Of a stretch of DNA of 64,000 nt, positions 17,628 to 26,722 are shown piece by piece. The stretch is from contig CAVVPK010000048.1 in the NCBI GenBank assembly GCA_963750065.1, positions 57,860 through 121,859 on the forward strand, read 5' to 3'. Every line of letters begins with the position of its first letter. Position 1 is the first letter of the stretch. A model generated the notes under the pieces. That model ran no database searches. It worked only from the letters and a program-made list of their open reading frames with translations, and was not told the origin of the DNA. Source of the DNA: an uncultured Alphaproteobacteria bacterium. GTDB taxonomy: Bacteria; Pseudomonadota; Alphaproteobacteria; Rhizobiales; Kaistiaceae. A program made the translations under genes and the position numbers.

Positions 17628-18677
17628 TCAGGCTGTGCGGTCGGCCACCGGGATAGTGCATCCGGCAAGGGCAGACCGACGCGCTGCATCCAATATCCGA
17701 ACAACACTGCGATTGTTGTCGAGAGCGGAAAGATCGTGAGGTGCCGGCCGCAGTTGGCCGCGGACGACGGAAGCAAGGTAGGCGAACGGCTCGCCGAGGC
17801 ACCGGGGCAGCGCATCCGGTGTGATCATCGTCGCTTCGGAGTCGCTGCCGCTGCGCAACCAAACGGTTCGCGAATCCGCGGCGGCGATTGAGCCCGCGGT
17901 GCCGTGAAGCTCAATGTCCTTGCGCGGAAACGGCCAGTTCCACGACGCCTGGATGACCACTTCGAACTGGTCATAGGTGAGGACGATCGATGCATCGTCC
18001 TCGACCTCACCGTAAAGTTCCTGCTTGAAGGCACGTGTAATTGCGGTCACCGAACTGGGCAGACGCCCGTCAGCGAAGAAGGTCGCCAGATTGGCTCCAT
18101 AGCAGCCGAAATCGCTCAGGGCGCCGCCGCCGTTGAAGGGCTTGGTGAGCCAAGCGAGGAACTGCGGCTGACATCCGCTCTCGATCGGTCCCTGGTGCCC
18201 GGCGCGGATCAAGATCTTTCGCGGCACGCCGACCGCGCCGTCACGGACCATGCGGAAGACATGCGCGTTGCTTGGGTACCAGCTCGTCTCATAATTGGTG
18301 AGAACATGGATGCCGTGCTTCCGGGCCAGGCGGGCAATCGCTTCGGCGTGATCGACGCTCACCGCAAGGGGCTTCTCGACCATGACGTGCACACCGGCAC
18401 CGGCACATCGTTCGACAACATCGAGATGATCGCGGATTGATCCGAAAGCCGCGACGGCATCGAGCGTTTCGTTTTCCAACATCGCTGCAAGGTCCGGATA
18501 GAGCCGACCGGCGGGGACCTCATAGCGTCGCCCGATCGCAGCACGGAGAGCTTCGTCCTGCTCGCACGCGGCAGCGATCACGAAGTCCTCGGGCGAGATG
18601 TGCTCGATGATGGAGATGTGATCATGCGACAGGCCCGCCAGCCCCAGTCGAAGCGGTAGGTTTGCTTTTGCGCTCAT
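17628..18677 (-). CDS. Gfo/Idh/MocA family oxidoreductase
   Basis: 349 aa. N-terminal Rossmann fold (LRLGLAGLSHDH...) and the family EKP motif (HVMVEKPLA). Confidence 0.88.
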   Translation of the reverse strand: MSAKANLPLRLGLAGLSHDHISIIEHISPEDFVIAAACEQDEALRAAIGRRYEVPAGRLYPDLAAMLENETLDAVAAFGSIRDHLDVVERCAGAGVHVMVEKPLAVSVDHAEAIARLARKHGIHVLTNYETSWYPSNAHVFRMVRDGAVGVPRKILIRAGHQGPIESGCQPQFLAWLTKPFNGGGALSDFGCYGANLATFFADGRLPSSVTAITRAFKQELYGEVEDDASIVLTYDQFEVVIQASWNWPFPRKDIELHGTAGSIAAADSRTVWLRSGSDSEATMITPDALPRCLGEPFAYLASVVRGQLRPAPHDLSALDNNRSVVRILDAARRSALAGCTIPVADRTA

Positions 18678-18722
18678 TGTGAAAATTCAGGCAGAGTTGA
18701 TTTGTCTGGGCCGATGCCGCAC

Positions 18723-19646
18723 CTAGCCTTTCACTCCGCTCGCCGCGACGCTCTGGATGAACCACCGCTGGAAGAGGACGAAGATCGCAAGCACGGGAAG
18801 AGTTATCATGGCGGCATACGCCAATATCTGACCCCAGTCGGGGTTCTGCGTGTAGAACGTCGTGATGCCCACCGTCAGCGGACGCGATGCCTGGCCCGGC
18901 ACGGCGATCACCGGCCACAGGTAGTCGTTCCAGCGAGCCTGAAACTGCAGAATCGCGACCGATGCGATCACCGGGCGCGACAGCGGCATGATGATGTTCC
19001 AGTAGATCTGGAAAGAAGATGCACCGTCAATCCGGGCAGCCTCGTCGAAGTCCTTGGGAATATCGAGGAAGAACTGGTAGAACAAAAAGATCGAGAAGGC
19101 GTCCGCGATAAACGGAATGATCTGTACATGCAGCGTGTTGAGCCAGGAGCGCTGCAGCTCCAGGCCGGCGTCCCCGATCGTGAGCCACGGCAGGTTGTTC
19201 ACCACGAACAAGAGCGGCACCGCGATCGCCTCAAATGGAACGACCAGCAGCGCGACCACAAGCGCCAGCATCCAGGTCTTGCCGCGCCATTCGAGCCGCG
19301 CCAAGGCGAAGGCAGCCATCGAGTTGACCGCAATACTCAGCACGACGCTGACCGTTGCGATGATGACCGAATTGAGAAGATAGGAGAGGAAGGGCGTTCG
19401 CGCGAAGACTTCCGCGAAGTTCTTGGTGGTCGTTTCGGTCGGGAAGAGCGCAAGCAGCGGGTTTGCCGCCCTCAGATCGAGGAAGATTCGGGCCACCGGT
19501 TTGAACGCCGACACGAACACGAAGACAATCGGCATCAAGGCAAAGGCAGCCCAGATCAGCATCAGCCCATAGGTGAAGGCGCGGAACAGCCGATCGCGGG
19601 ATGGCGCCGTACCCGGCAATGCTGGAGCGTATTCGTCGACTTGCAT
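18723..19646 (-). CDS. carbohydrate ABC transporter permease (MalG-like)
   Basis: 307 aa. EAA region DEAARIDGASSFQIYWNIIMPLSRPV. Confidence 0.9.
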   Translation of the reverse strand: MQVDEYAPALPGTAPSRDRLFRAFTYGLMLIWAAFALMPIVFVFVSAFKPVARIFLDLRAANPLLALFPTETTTKNFAEVFARTPFLSYLLNSVIIATVSVVLSIAVNSMAAFALARLEWRGKTWMLALVVALLVVPFEAIAVPLLFVVNNLPWLTIGDAGLELQRSWLNTLHVQIIPFIADAFSIFLFYQFFLDIPKDFDEAARIDGASSFQIYWNIIMPLSRPVIASVAILQFQARWNDYLWPVIAVPGQASRPLTVGITTFYTQNPDWGQILAYAAMITLPVLAIFVLFQRWFIQSVAASGVKG

Positions 19647-19657
19647 CGCAGGAACTC

Positions 19658-20695
19658 CTAGCCGCGCTCGCGCATCACCCTGCGCAGACCGAACGTGATG
19701 GCGATGACGATGAGGAAAAAGACGAAGGAAATTGCCGAGGCGTAGCCAAGATTGAGGCTCTTGAAGCCGACGCGGATAGCATGGAAGACGACCGTCGATG
19801 TCGCGTTGTCGATGGGCCCGCCCTGCGTCATCACGTCGACCTGCGTGAACAGGCGGAAGGAGGAGATCGTCGTTGTGATGATGACGAAGGTCATCGCGTT
19901 GTGCAGGCCCGGCAACGTCACGTGCCGGAACCGCTGGAGCCGACTGGCGCCGTCGATTTCGGCGGCCTCGTAGAGGATGGTTGGAATATGCTGCAGGCCC
20001 GCGAGGAACAGCACCATCTGGAAGCCGGCGCCTTGCCAGACTGACATTATGAGGATCGCCGGCATGGCGAGATTCTTCTCACCGAGCCAGTTCGGATTGC
20101 CGAACAGCCCTGCGCTTATCAAATTCAGCATCCGGTTGAAGAGGCCGAAATCGGGATTGTAGAGGAAGATCCACACCACCGAGATCACCGCCATCGAGGT
20201 AACCACCGGGCTGAAGAAGATCGCCCTGAAGATGCGGTTGCCGCCCAGGTTCTGATTGACCAGCAGCGCCAATCCCAATGCGATGCCGCACTGAATCGGC
20301 ACGACCATGATCGAGAAATAGAAGTTGTTGAGCAACGAGCGCCAGAACACCCGGTCTGTCGCCAGGACCAGGATGCGCTTGCCCATGATGTCGAAGCTGA
20401 ACCACTCGGAGAAACCCGCGAGGTCCGGCCTTGCATGAATGACCGTGTGCACGCGGGGATATTCAGGCTCGCCACTGTCGGAATAACCAGTGGGATCGAC
20501 GGTTACGACAGATAGTTTCAGCAGGCGCTCGTAGTTGGCCGTTCCGACGAACTGCGCCGGTGTCGGCGAGACGAACCGCTGGTTGGTCAGGCTGAAGATC
20601 GCGGAAAGCAGGAACGGCAACACGACGAACAGCACGATGCCGACAAGCGCCGGGGCGAAGAGCAGCCATGCGCGGAAGCCGTCGTGGTTCCTCAT
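19658..20695 (-). CDS. carbohydrate ABC transporter permease (MalF-like)
   Basis: 345 aa. EAA region YEAAEIDGASRLQRFRHVTLPGLHNA. Confidence 0.9.
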   Translation of the reverse strand: MRNHDGFRAWLLFAPALVGIVLFVVLPFLLSAIFSLTNQRFVSPTPAQFVGTANYERLLKLSVVTVDPTGYSDSGEPEYPRVHTVIHARPDLAGFSEWFSFDIMGKRILVLATDRVFWRSLLNNFYFSIMVVPIQCGIALGLALLVNQNLGGNRIFRAIFFSPVVTSMAVISVVWIFLYNPDFGLFNRMLNLISAGLFGNPNWLGEKNLAMPAILIMSVWQGAGFQMVLFLAGLQHIPTILYEAAEIDGASRLQRFRHVTLPGLHNAMTFVIITTTISSFRLFTQVDVMTQGGPIDNATSTVVFHAIRVGFKSLNLGYASAISFVFFLIVIAITFGLRRVMRERG

Positions 20696-20726
20696 CGCGC
20701 CCTCTCCATGATCTCTTGTAGGAAAG

Positions 20727-20761
20727 CTCGGGCGCCCGCGGGAGATATTCGGGCGCCCGAG
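20727..20761 (-). other. intercistronic stem-loop between the SBP and first permease genes
   Basis: CTCGGGCGCCCG (20727-20738) and CGGGCGCCCGAG (20750-20761) form perfect 12-bp arms with an 11-nt loop. The structure sits between the SBP stop (20771) and the permease start (20695). Confidence 0.6.
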
Positions 20762-20770
20762 ACGGGAGGT

Positions 20771-22102
20771 CTACTTGAAGCCGTAGCCGTTGTTGGCCTT
20801 GATATCGGCGTCGATCGACGTCACCGCTTCGTCGAGGGTATCGGCGACGTTGGCGCCATTGGCGATGGCCATTGCCGCTTCCTCGAACTTCACGGAGATG
20901 TTGCCGTAGGCCGGAGTCGGCGGACGGATCACCGCGAAGGCCTTCGGGTAGGCGGTGATGCCCGCCATCGGGCCACCTTCCTTGTAGAGGTTGGCACCTG
21001 CCACCGCGCTGGCGCGGCTGGGGATCAGGCCGGTGGCGTTCGACATCTTGGCGATGTTATCCGCTTTCATCATGTAGTCGATGAAGGCCCAGGCGCCGTC
21101 CGGATTGCCGCACGACTTGGTGATCGCCCACTGCCACGAGCCCGCTCCCACCTTGGGGCCCTTGCCGAGGTCCGGCGGCGGCATGTAGACGAGATCGTCG
21201 CCCCACGCCTTTTGCAGGTTCGGGTAGTACCAGTTGCCGATATAGGCCAGTGCCGCACGCCCCTGGATGAACGCCTGGTCATCCGTCGACTTTGGATTGG
21301 CGTATCCCGACGTGAACAGGTTCTGCCACCACTTGCCCCATGCATTCGCCTCGGGGCCGTTCAGCTTGCCTTCGGCGGTCAGATAGGTGCTGCGGTCGAT
21401 CAGGTCGCCGCCGAAGCTCTGCAGCAGCGGCGAGTAGGCATACGGAATCCACTCGTGGGTATAGAAGGTGAAAAGGTCGATGGAGTTCTCAAACTCGCCC
21501 GAGTCCTTGAAAACCTTGAGCGCGTTGTCGAATTCGTCCTTCGTCAACGGATCGTTGACGCCGGTGGGGATGCGGATGCCGTACTTCTTGAACACCGATT
21601 TCCGGCCCCACAGCGCCAGTGAGGCTTCGAACTGGCCAAGGCCGTAAATGTGCCCGTTGTACTCCCCAATGGTCGAAGGCAGCATGTCGGCCTTCATCTC
21701 GGGGGTCACGTACTTGTCGAGCGGGATGACGTTGCCGGCCCAGGCAAAGTTCGGGACCAAGGGCCCGTCCACGTCAATGGCACAGGGAAGCGTACCCGAC
21801 AGGGCGGCTGCATTGACGGAATCCGAATAGGACTTCTGCGGGAGCTCTTCCCACTTCACCTTCCAGGTCGATTGCGAGGCATTGAATCCCGACACGAAAG
21901 ACGCGAATGTGTCCATCTCCGGCTTGAGATCGCCGATGTGTCTCCACACTGTGATCTCGGTGGGCGCCGCTGTTGCGACGGTCGGTGTCACCAGGGAGGT
22001 CGATAGAATCAGGGCCAGTGCTGCACCCAAAACAGCGCCCCCTCTTTCGACGGCGCGGCGTTCCGGCATTGCCGGGACGCCGATGCCAATATGGATGTTC
22101 AT
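20771..22102 (-). CDS. carbohydrate ABC transporter substrate-binding protein (CUT1)
   Basis: Start is ATG 22102 (MNIHIGIGVPAMPERRAV...), preceded by AGGAGGAAACTAGG. The long N-terminal region may be a Tat- or Sec-type signal (…LVTPTVATAAPTE). 443 aa. Confidence 0.85.
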   Translation of the reverse strand: MNIHIGIGVPAMPERRAVERGGAVLGAALALILSTSLVTPTVATAAPTEITVWRHIGDLKPEMDTFASFVSGFNASQSTWKVKWEELPQKSYSDSVNAAALSGTLPCAIDVDGPLVPNFAWAGNVIPLDKYVTPEMKADMLPSTIGEYNGHIYGLGQFEASLALWGRKSVFKKYGIRIPTGVNDPLTKDEFDNALKVFKDSGEFENSIDLFTFYTHEWIPYAYSPLLQSFGGDLIDRSTYLTAEGKLNGPEANAWGKWWQNLFTSGYANPKSTDDQAFIQGRAALAYIGNWYYPNLQKAWGDDLVYMPPPDLGKGPKVGAGSWQWAITKSCGNPDGAWAFIDYMMKADNIAKMSNATGLIPSRASAVAGANLYKEGGPMAGITAYPKAFAVIRPPTPAYGNISVKFEEAAMAIANGANVADTLDEAVTSIDADIKANNGYGFK

Positions 22103-22173
22103 CCTAGTTTCCTCCTTTGATTGAGTTTGCAGTCCGTTCTTCCGGTACCGATCGATTGGCATCCCTCCCTTTG

Positions 22174-23193
22174 CTAGTTGATCGCTGCCGTGGTCCGCCG
22201 GACGACCACATCAACCGGCGGCAGGGCCTCGAGCGTCGCCGTCCGATTGCCACGGAGCAGCGAAAGCAGATAGCGCGCCGCCACCCGACCGCTTTCGGTC
22301 AAGTGCTGGCGGACGGTGGTCAGGCCGACGTGGCTGCTCACCTCGATGTCGTCGAAGCCGACGATCGACACGTCGTCGGGAACCCGTAACCCGAGGTTCT
22401 GTGCGGCGGCGATGCAGCCAAGAGCCTGCAAATCCGCCATCACGAAAAGGGCCGTGGGTCGGTTTGGTTGCGACAGCACGCGCGTCCCCAGTGCAATGGC
22501 CTCGCTGCGGCCGTGGCGGCCAAACCCCACCCAGGACTCGTCAGTCGAAAGCCCCGCTTCATCCATCGCCTTGCGATAGCCGTTGAAACGGTCTTGTCCG
22601 GTCGTGAAGCCGAAGGCGTCGGGAAATGCGTCGCCGACATAGCCGATCTTCCGATGTCCCAATTCGATGAGGTGGCGCGTCGCCAGATAGGCACCCCTGA
22701 CGTCGTCGGCACCGACGTATGGGACAGGTCCACGCAGACCGCTCAACGACACGGCTGCGATGCGCGCCTTCTGCAGCAGTTCCGCCTGTTCGTCGGAGAT
22801 CTTGAGGTCGGCAACCAGCAGAGCCTCCACCGCCCGCTGCTCGACGATGCGGGCCAAGGTGGGCTCGTAGCGCTCGGGGGAGCGACAGGAGAAAAGCAGG
22901 AGGTCAAAACCCAACTCGCCTTCGACAACTTCCTGAATGCCACGCAAGCGGTCCACGAACGCGGGCGCCGTTATGAACGACTCGAATATGCCGATCTGCT
23001 GGACCGCAGCGTGCTTGGAAAGACGACGCGCCATCGCGCTCGGCCGGAAGTTCAGCTGCTCGATGGCGGCGAGAACCTTCTGGCGCGTGCCGTCACTGAC
23101 TTTCGGGCTGCCATTGATGACCCGCGACGCCGTGCCCTTCCCGACACCGGCAATCCGCGCAACATCATCGATTGTGGGCAACCGTCGGTCCAT
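22174..23193 (-). CDS. LacI family transcriptional regulator
   Basis: 339 aa. N-terminal HTH (PTIDDVARIAGVGKGTASRVINGS) and a periplasmic-binding-fold effector domain. Confidence 0.9.
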   Translation of the reverse strand: MDRRLPTIDDVARIAGVGKGTASRVINGSPKVSDGTRQKVLAAIEQLNFRPSAMARRLSKHAAVQQIGIFESFITAPAFVDRLRGIQEVVEGELGFDLLLFSCRSPERYEPTLARIVEQRAVEALLVADLKISDEQAELLQKARIAAVSLSGLRGPVPYVGADDVRGAYLATRHLIELGHRKIGYVGDAFPDAFGFTTGQDRFNGYRKAMDEAGLSTDESWVGFGRHGRSEAIALGTRVLSQPNRPTALFVMADLQALGCIAAAQNLGLRVPDDVSIVGFDDIEVSSHVGLTTVRQHLTESGRVAARYLLSLLRGNRTATLEALPPVDVVVRRTTAAIN

Positions 23194-23224
23194 CTCCTCC
23201 CCCGCCGGTTCCTTTTGCCCTGCC

Positions 23225-23240
23225 GTGGAACCGGTTCCAC
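23225..23240. promoter_or_regulatory. perfect 16-bp palindrome; candidate LacI-family operator
   Basis: GTGGAACCGGTTCCAC is its own reverse complement. It lies 32-47 nt upstream of the LacI gene start at 23193. An extra CCGGTTCC half-site is at 23205-23212. Confidence 0.55.
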
Positions 23241-23367
23241 GACGCTATGATGCGCATTGGCGGGAGAAAGAGTCAATCCTTTTTGGTTCCTGCTGCTGGC
23301 AAGGCCGCGCGAACCTGTTGGAGGCAAACCCGATGCCCAACCGTGTGGCTTGCGCAGCCGCTTGCGA

Positions 23368-24378
23368 TCAGCGTTGGTCCGAACTCGTCCCCCGGTAGGG
23401 ATAAGATCGCGTCTCCTGCGATGCTTGGGTCAGCGCGGTGAGATCATCGGAAGCCAGGTCGAGGTCAGCAGCGCCGAGATTGTCGGCAAGCTGTGCGGCG
23501 GTGCGCACGCCGACCACCACTGACGCGACAACTGGCTGAGCCAGGAGCCAAGCGAGCGCCACCTGCGACACCGTGCAGCCGCGGCTCCCGGCGATGGTGC
23601 CTGCCACATCGAGAACCGCCCAATTGCGGTCAGTCGCCCGATGCGTCCAGGACTCCTCCCAATCGTCGGGGGCAGTCGCTAGACGGCCCTCTCCAGCTTC
23701 CGTCGGCCGCTCGCCACGCCGATATCTGCCGGTCAGGAAGCCTCCGCCGAGCGGCCCCCAAGGAACCAGGCCGACGCCCTCGGATGCGAAGAGTTCCGTC
23801 AGTTCCTGTTCGATGCCGCGGGAAACCAGGCTGTATTGGTATTGCGCGGCAACGAAACGCGGCCAACCGCGCTGATCGCTCACGGCGAGCGCTTTCATCG
23901 CCTGCCAGGCCTTGAAATTCGAGACGGCGACATAGCGCACCTTGCCGACGGTAACGAGGTCGGCGAGTGCGGCCATCGATTCCTGAACGGGCGTCCACGG
24001 GTCCCAGCCATGCAGATAGAGGACGTCGATGGTGTCGGTGCGCAGACGCCGCAGGCTCGCCTCGACTGCGTTCAGGATGTGGTAGCGCGACAAGCCGGCA
24101 TCATTGGGGCCCGATCCCATCGGCCAGCGCACCTTGGTCGCCAGCACGATGCGCTCACGCCGGCCGCGCACGGCCTCGCCGACGATCTCCTCGGCGCGGC
24201 CGCCGGCGTAGACGTCGGCTACGTCGAAGTGGTTGCCGCCCGCTTCGAGATAGGTGTCGATGATGCGTCGCGCTTCGGCGGGAGCAACGCCGCGTTCGCT
24301 GTTCTCCCCGAAGGTCATCGTGCCGAGACCCAGCTCCGACACCAGCAGCCCCGAGTTGCCAAGCCGACGGTACTTCAT
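23368..24378 (-). CDS. aldo/keto reductase
   Basis: 336 aa. MKYRRLGNSGLLVSELGLGTMTFG...FDVADVYAGGRAEEIVG is the typical AKR N-terminus. It lies 19 nt downstream of the preceding permease gene. Confidence 0.9.
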   Translation of the reverse strand: MKYRRLGNSGLLVSELGLGTMTFGENSERGVAPAEARRIIDTYLEAGGNHFDVADVYAGGRAEEIVGEAVRGRRERIVLATKVRWPMGSGPNDAGLSRYHILNAVEASLRRLRTDTIDVLYLHGWDPWTPVQESMAALADLVTVGKVRYVAVSNFKAWQAMKALAVSDQRGWPRFVAAQYQYSLVSRGIEQELTELFASEGVGLVPWGPLGGGFLTGRYRRGERPTEAGEGRLATAPDDWEESWTHRATDRNWAVLDVAGTIAGSRGCTVSQVALAWLLAQPVVASVVVGVRTAAQLADNLGAADLDLASDDLTALTQASQETRSYPYRGTSSDQR

Positions 24379-24397
24379 GCGAACGGAACTCCCCGTG

Positions 24398-25489
24398 TCA
24401 GGCCTTGACGGAGCCGGCGATCAGCCCACGCACGAAATAGCGTTGCAGCGAGAAGAAGATCACCAGTGGAAGAACGAGCGAAACGAATGCGCCCGCAGTC
24501 AGCAGGTGCCAATCGCTGCCACGCGAGCCGATGATCTCGGCGAGCCGCATGGTGAGCACCTGAACGTCCGGCTGGGCGCCGATGAAGATCAGGGCGACGA
24601 GATAGTCGTTCCATACCCAGAGGAACTGGAAGATCGCATAGGAGGCGAGCACCGGAACGGCAAGCGGCACGACGATCGTGGCGAAGATGCGGACATGCGA
24701 GGCGCCGTCCACCGTCGCCGCCTCCAGGATCTCCTTGGGCAGGCCGGCGATGTAGTTGTAGAGCAGGTAGATCGCCAAAGGCAGGCCGAAGCCGGTGTGG
24801 GCCAGCCAGAGCGCAAGGTACGTGCCGTTCAGGCGCAGGTGCACGTAGTCGGAAAGAACCGGCACCAGCGCGATCTGGAGCGGTATGACCAGCAGGGCGA
24901 CCATCGCGGCAAAGGCGAATTTGCGACCGGGAAAGCGCATCCAGGCGAAGCCATAGGCGGCGAAAGCGGCGATCGTCAGCGGCAGGACGACGGCCGGTAT
25001 CGTCACCGCCATGCTGTTGACAAAGGCCCCGGACAGGTCGTCGCCCTTGAGAGTGTATTTGTGCCCGTTGGCATCGACGACCTGATACTCCTTGCCGGTG
25101 AGGACGTCAGCGTAGTTGCCGAGCGTGAAATGCGTGTTGGCAGTCCACTTCAGCTCCTGCACGACGACTTCACCGCGCCGCTTGTTGCCGAGCCACACCA
25201 CGCGCCGCCCGTCCGGATTAACGACGCCCTCGCGCAATTGCAGGAATGTTCCGGTTGCGCCGGCAAATGTCATTTGCCCATTGGGGTCGACAGAGCGGGG
25301 GATGTCGATGTGCTCGACCGTCGTCCACTCCTTGTGCGGGAACATTGTCCACCAGCCGCTCGTCTGCACGTCGTCGCGGGTGCGGAACGACGAAACGAAC
25401 ACGCCGACGGTCGGCACCAGCCACAAGACGCAGAGCACCAGCAGGACGAGGTTGATGATGATCGACCGGCCGCGCGGCTGCGTGTCCAT
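24398..25489 (-). CDS. carbohydrate ABC transporter permease (MalG-like) with an enlarged periplasmic loop
   Basis: The real start is ATG 25489 (MDTQPRGRSIIINLVLLVLCVLWLV), with a TGATG overlap with the upstream stop. 363 aa. About 110 extra residues lie between TM1 and TM2. EAA region LEAATVDGASHVRIFATIVVPLAVPV. Confidence 0.85.
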   Translation of the reverse strand: MDTQPRGRSIIINLVLLVLCVLWLVPTVGVFVSSFRTRDDVQTSGWWTMFPHKEWTTVEHIDIPRSVDPNGQMTFAGATGTFLQLREGVVNPDGRRVVWLGNKRRGEVVVQELKWTANTHFTLGNYADVLTGKEYQVVDANGHKYTLKGDDLSGAFVNSMAVTIPAVVLPLTIAAFAAYGFAWMRFPGRKFAFAAMVALLVIPLQIALVPVLSDYVHLRLNGTYLALWLAHTGFGLPLAIYLLYNYIAGLPKEILEAATVDGASHVRIFATIVVPLAVPVLASYAIFQFLWVWNDYLVALIFIGAQPDVQVLTMRLAEIIGSRGSDWHLLTAGAFVSLVLPLVIFFSLQRYFVRGLIAGSVKA

Positions 25490-26598
25490 CAGCGCACCTC
25501 GCTCTGGCGGAGCTGGCGGAGATTGTAGATGACCACCGGCATGACCAGGATGAGGAGCACGATGGCGATCGTCGACCCCAGCCCGAAGTCGCGCGCCGTA
25601 AAATACTGGTTGTAGAACTCGGTCGCGATCACGTCGGTGCCGAAATTGCCGCCGGTCATGACAAGGACGACATCGAAGATCTTCAGCGTGAAGATGATCA
25701 CCGTGGCGCTGACGGTGATGATCGTCCCCATGATCGTGGGAACGATGATCTCGAAGAAAATGCGCACCTCGCCGGAACCGTCGATGCGTGCCGCTTCGAG
25801 GTACTCCGCCGGCACGGCCTTGATCGCGGCGGAAAACAGCACCATCGCGTAGCCGGTCTGCATCCATACGACGATGACGATCAGGAACAGGTTGTTCCAC
25901 GGCTGGAGCTGCGCGATCCACGCCTGCGGCTCGCCGCCCAACGCAACAACGATGGCGTTCAGCAGGCCGATCTGTGACACGCTCGGGTCCTTCACCGCAT
26001 AGATGAACTTCCAGATGACGCCGGCGCCGACCAGCGATATCGCCATCGGCATGAAGATGATCGCCTTGACCAATTTCTCGTAGTGGCTGCGGTCGGCAAG
26101 GATGGCGACCAAGAGCCCGAAGACGACCGTCAGCCCGGCGCCGAAGACGAGCCACATCAGGTTGTTGCGGAACATCACCAGCATGAACGGCTCGGTGAGC
26201 ACCGTGACGTAGTTGGCCACACCGACGAAGACGGACCCGTCGTGATTGAACAGGCTGGCGATGAACGTCCGCACGGTGGGCAGCGCCAGGAAATAGAAGA
26301 CGAGGAGAATGCCGGGGCCGACGAAGACCAGCGGTTCCATCCGGCGGCTCCACGCCAACGGCAGGCGGCCGACCAGCCAGGTCGCGCCGAAGAAGAAAGC
26401 GGCAAGGCCGCCGACACCCCAGACGACCGCGAGCGAGGCAACCACGAGCTTCGCCGCGTGGCTGTCGCGCAGGAAAAAGAAGCCCTCCCACAGCAGGACG
26501 ACGACGACGACCGCCGCAACGAGCCCAGCGAGCGAGCGCATCAGGGAAGCCGGTGCCGCGGCCCCGGATGTACGGGCATCAGATTCAGAGAGTGCCAT
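25489..26598 (-). CDS. carbohydrate ABC transporter permease (MalF-like, extended N-terminus)
   Basis: 369 aa. EAA region LEAARIDGSGEVRIFFEIIVPTIMG. Start is ATG 26598. Confidence 0.85.
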   Translation of the reverse strand: MALSESDARTSGAAAPASLMRSLAGLVAAVVVVVLLWEGFFFLRDSHAAKLVVASLAVVWGVGGLAAFFFGATWLVGRLPLAWSRRMEPLVFVGPGILLVFYFLALPTVRTFIASLFNHDGSVFVGVANYVTVLTEPFMLVMFRNNLMWLVFGAGLTVVFGLLVAILADRSHYEKLVKAIIFMPMAISLVGAGVIWKFIYAVKDPSVSQIGLLNAIVVALGGEPQAWIAQLQPWNNLFLIVIVVWMQTGYAMVLFSAAIKAVPAEYLEAARIDGSGEVRIFFEIIVPTIMGTIITVSATVIIFTLKIFDVVLVMTGGNFGTDVIATEFYNQYFTARDFGLGSTIAIVLLILVMPVVIYNLRQLRQSEVR

Positions 26599-26625
26599 CT
26601 GCGTGACGATGCCTGGTCTCGATGA

Positions 26626-26669
26626 GCGAGGATCGGGCAGACCCTAACGGTTGCCGGCCCGATCCTCGC
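26626..26669 (-). other. intercistronic stem-loop between the SBP and first permease genes
   Basis: GCGAGGATCGGGC (26626-26638) and GCCCGATCCTCGC (26657-26669) form perfect 13-bp arms with an 18-nt loop. The structure lies in the 124-nt gap between the SBP stop (26723) and the permease start (26598). Confidence 0.65.
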
Positions 26670-26722
26670 ATTTGATCACCACCGAAGGAGGGTTCAAAGC
26701 TTCGTCGGCAGTGATCCGTCCG

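Noticed and set aside
22150-22175. TGGCAT...TTTGC, resembling a sigma-54 -24/-12 element
   Set aside because: The GG-to-GC spacing is 13 nt instead of 10. The orientation is also opposite to the downstream (minus-strand) genes.
24398-26491. 697-aa ORF suggesting one giant protein
   Set aside because: Only the C-terminal 363 aa (from ATG 25489) is permease-like. The N-terminal half is an out-of-frame reading of the upstream permease gene (25489..26598) and is Arg/Pro/Gly-rich.
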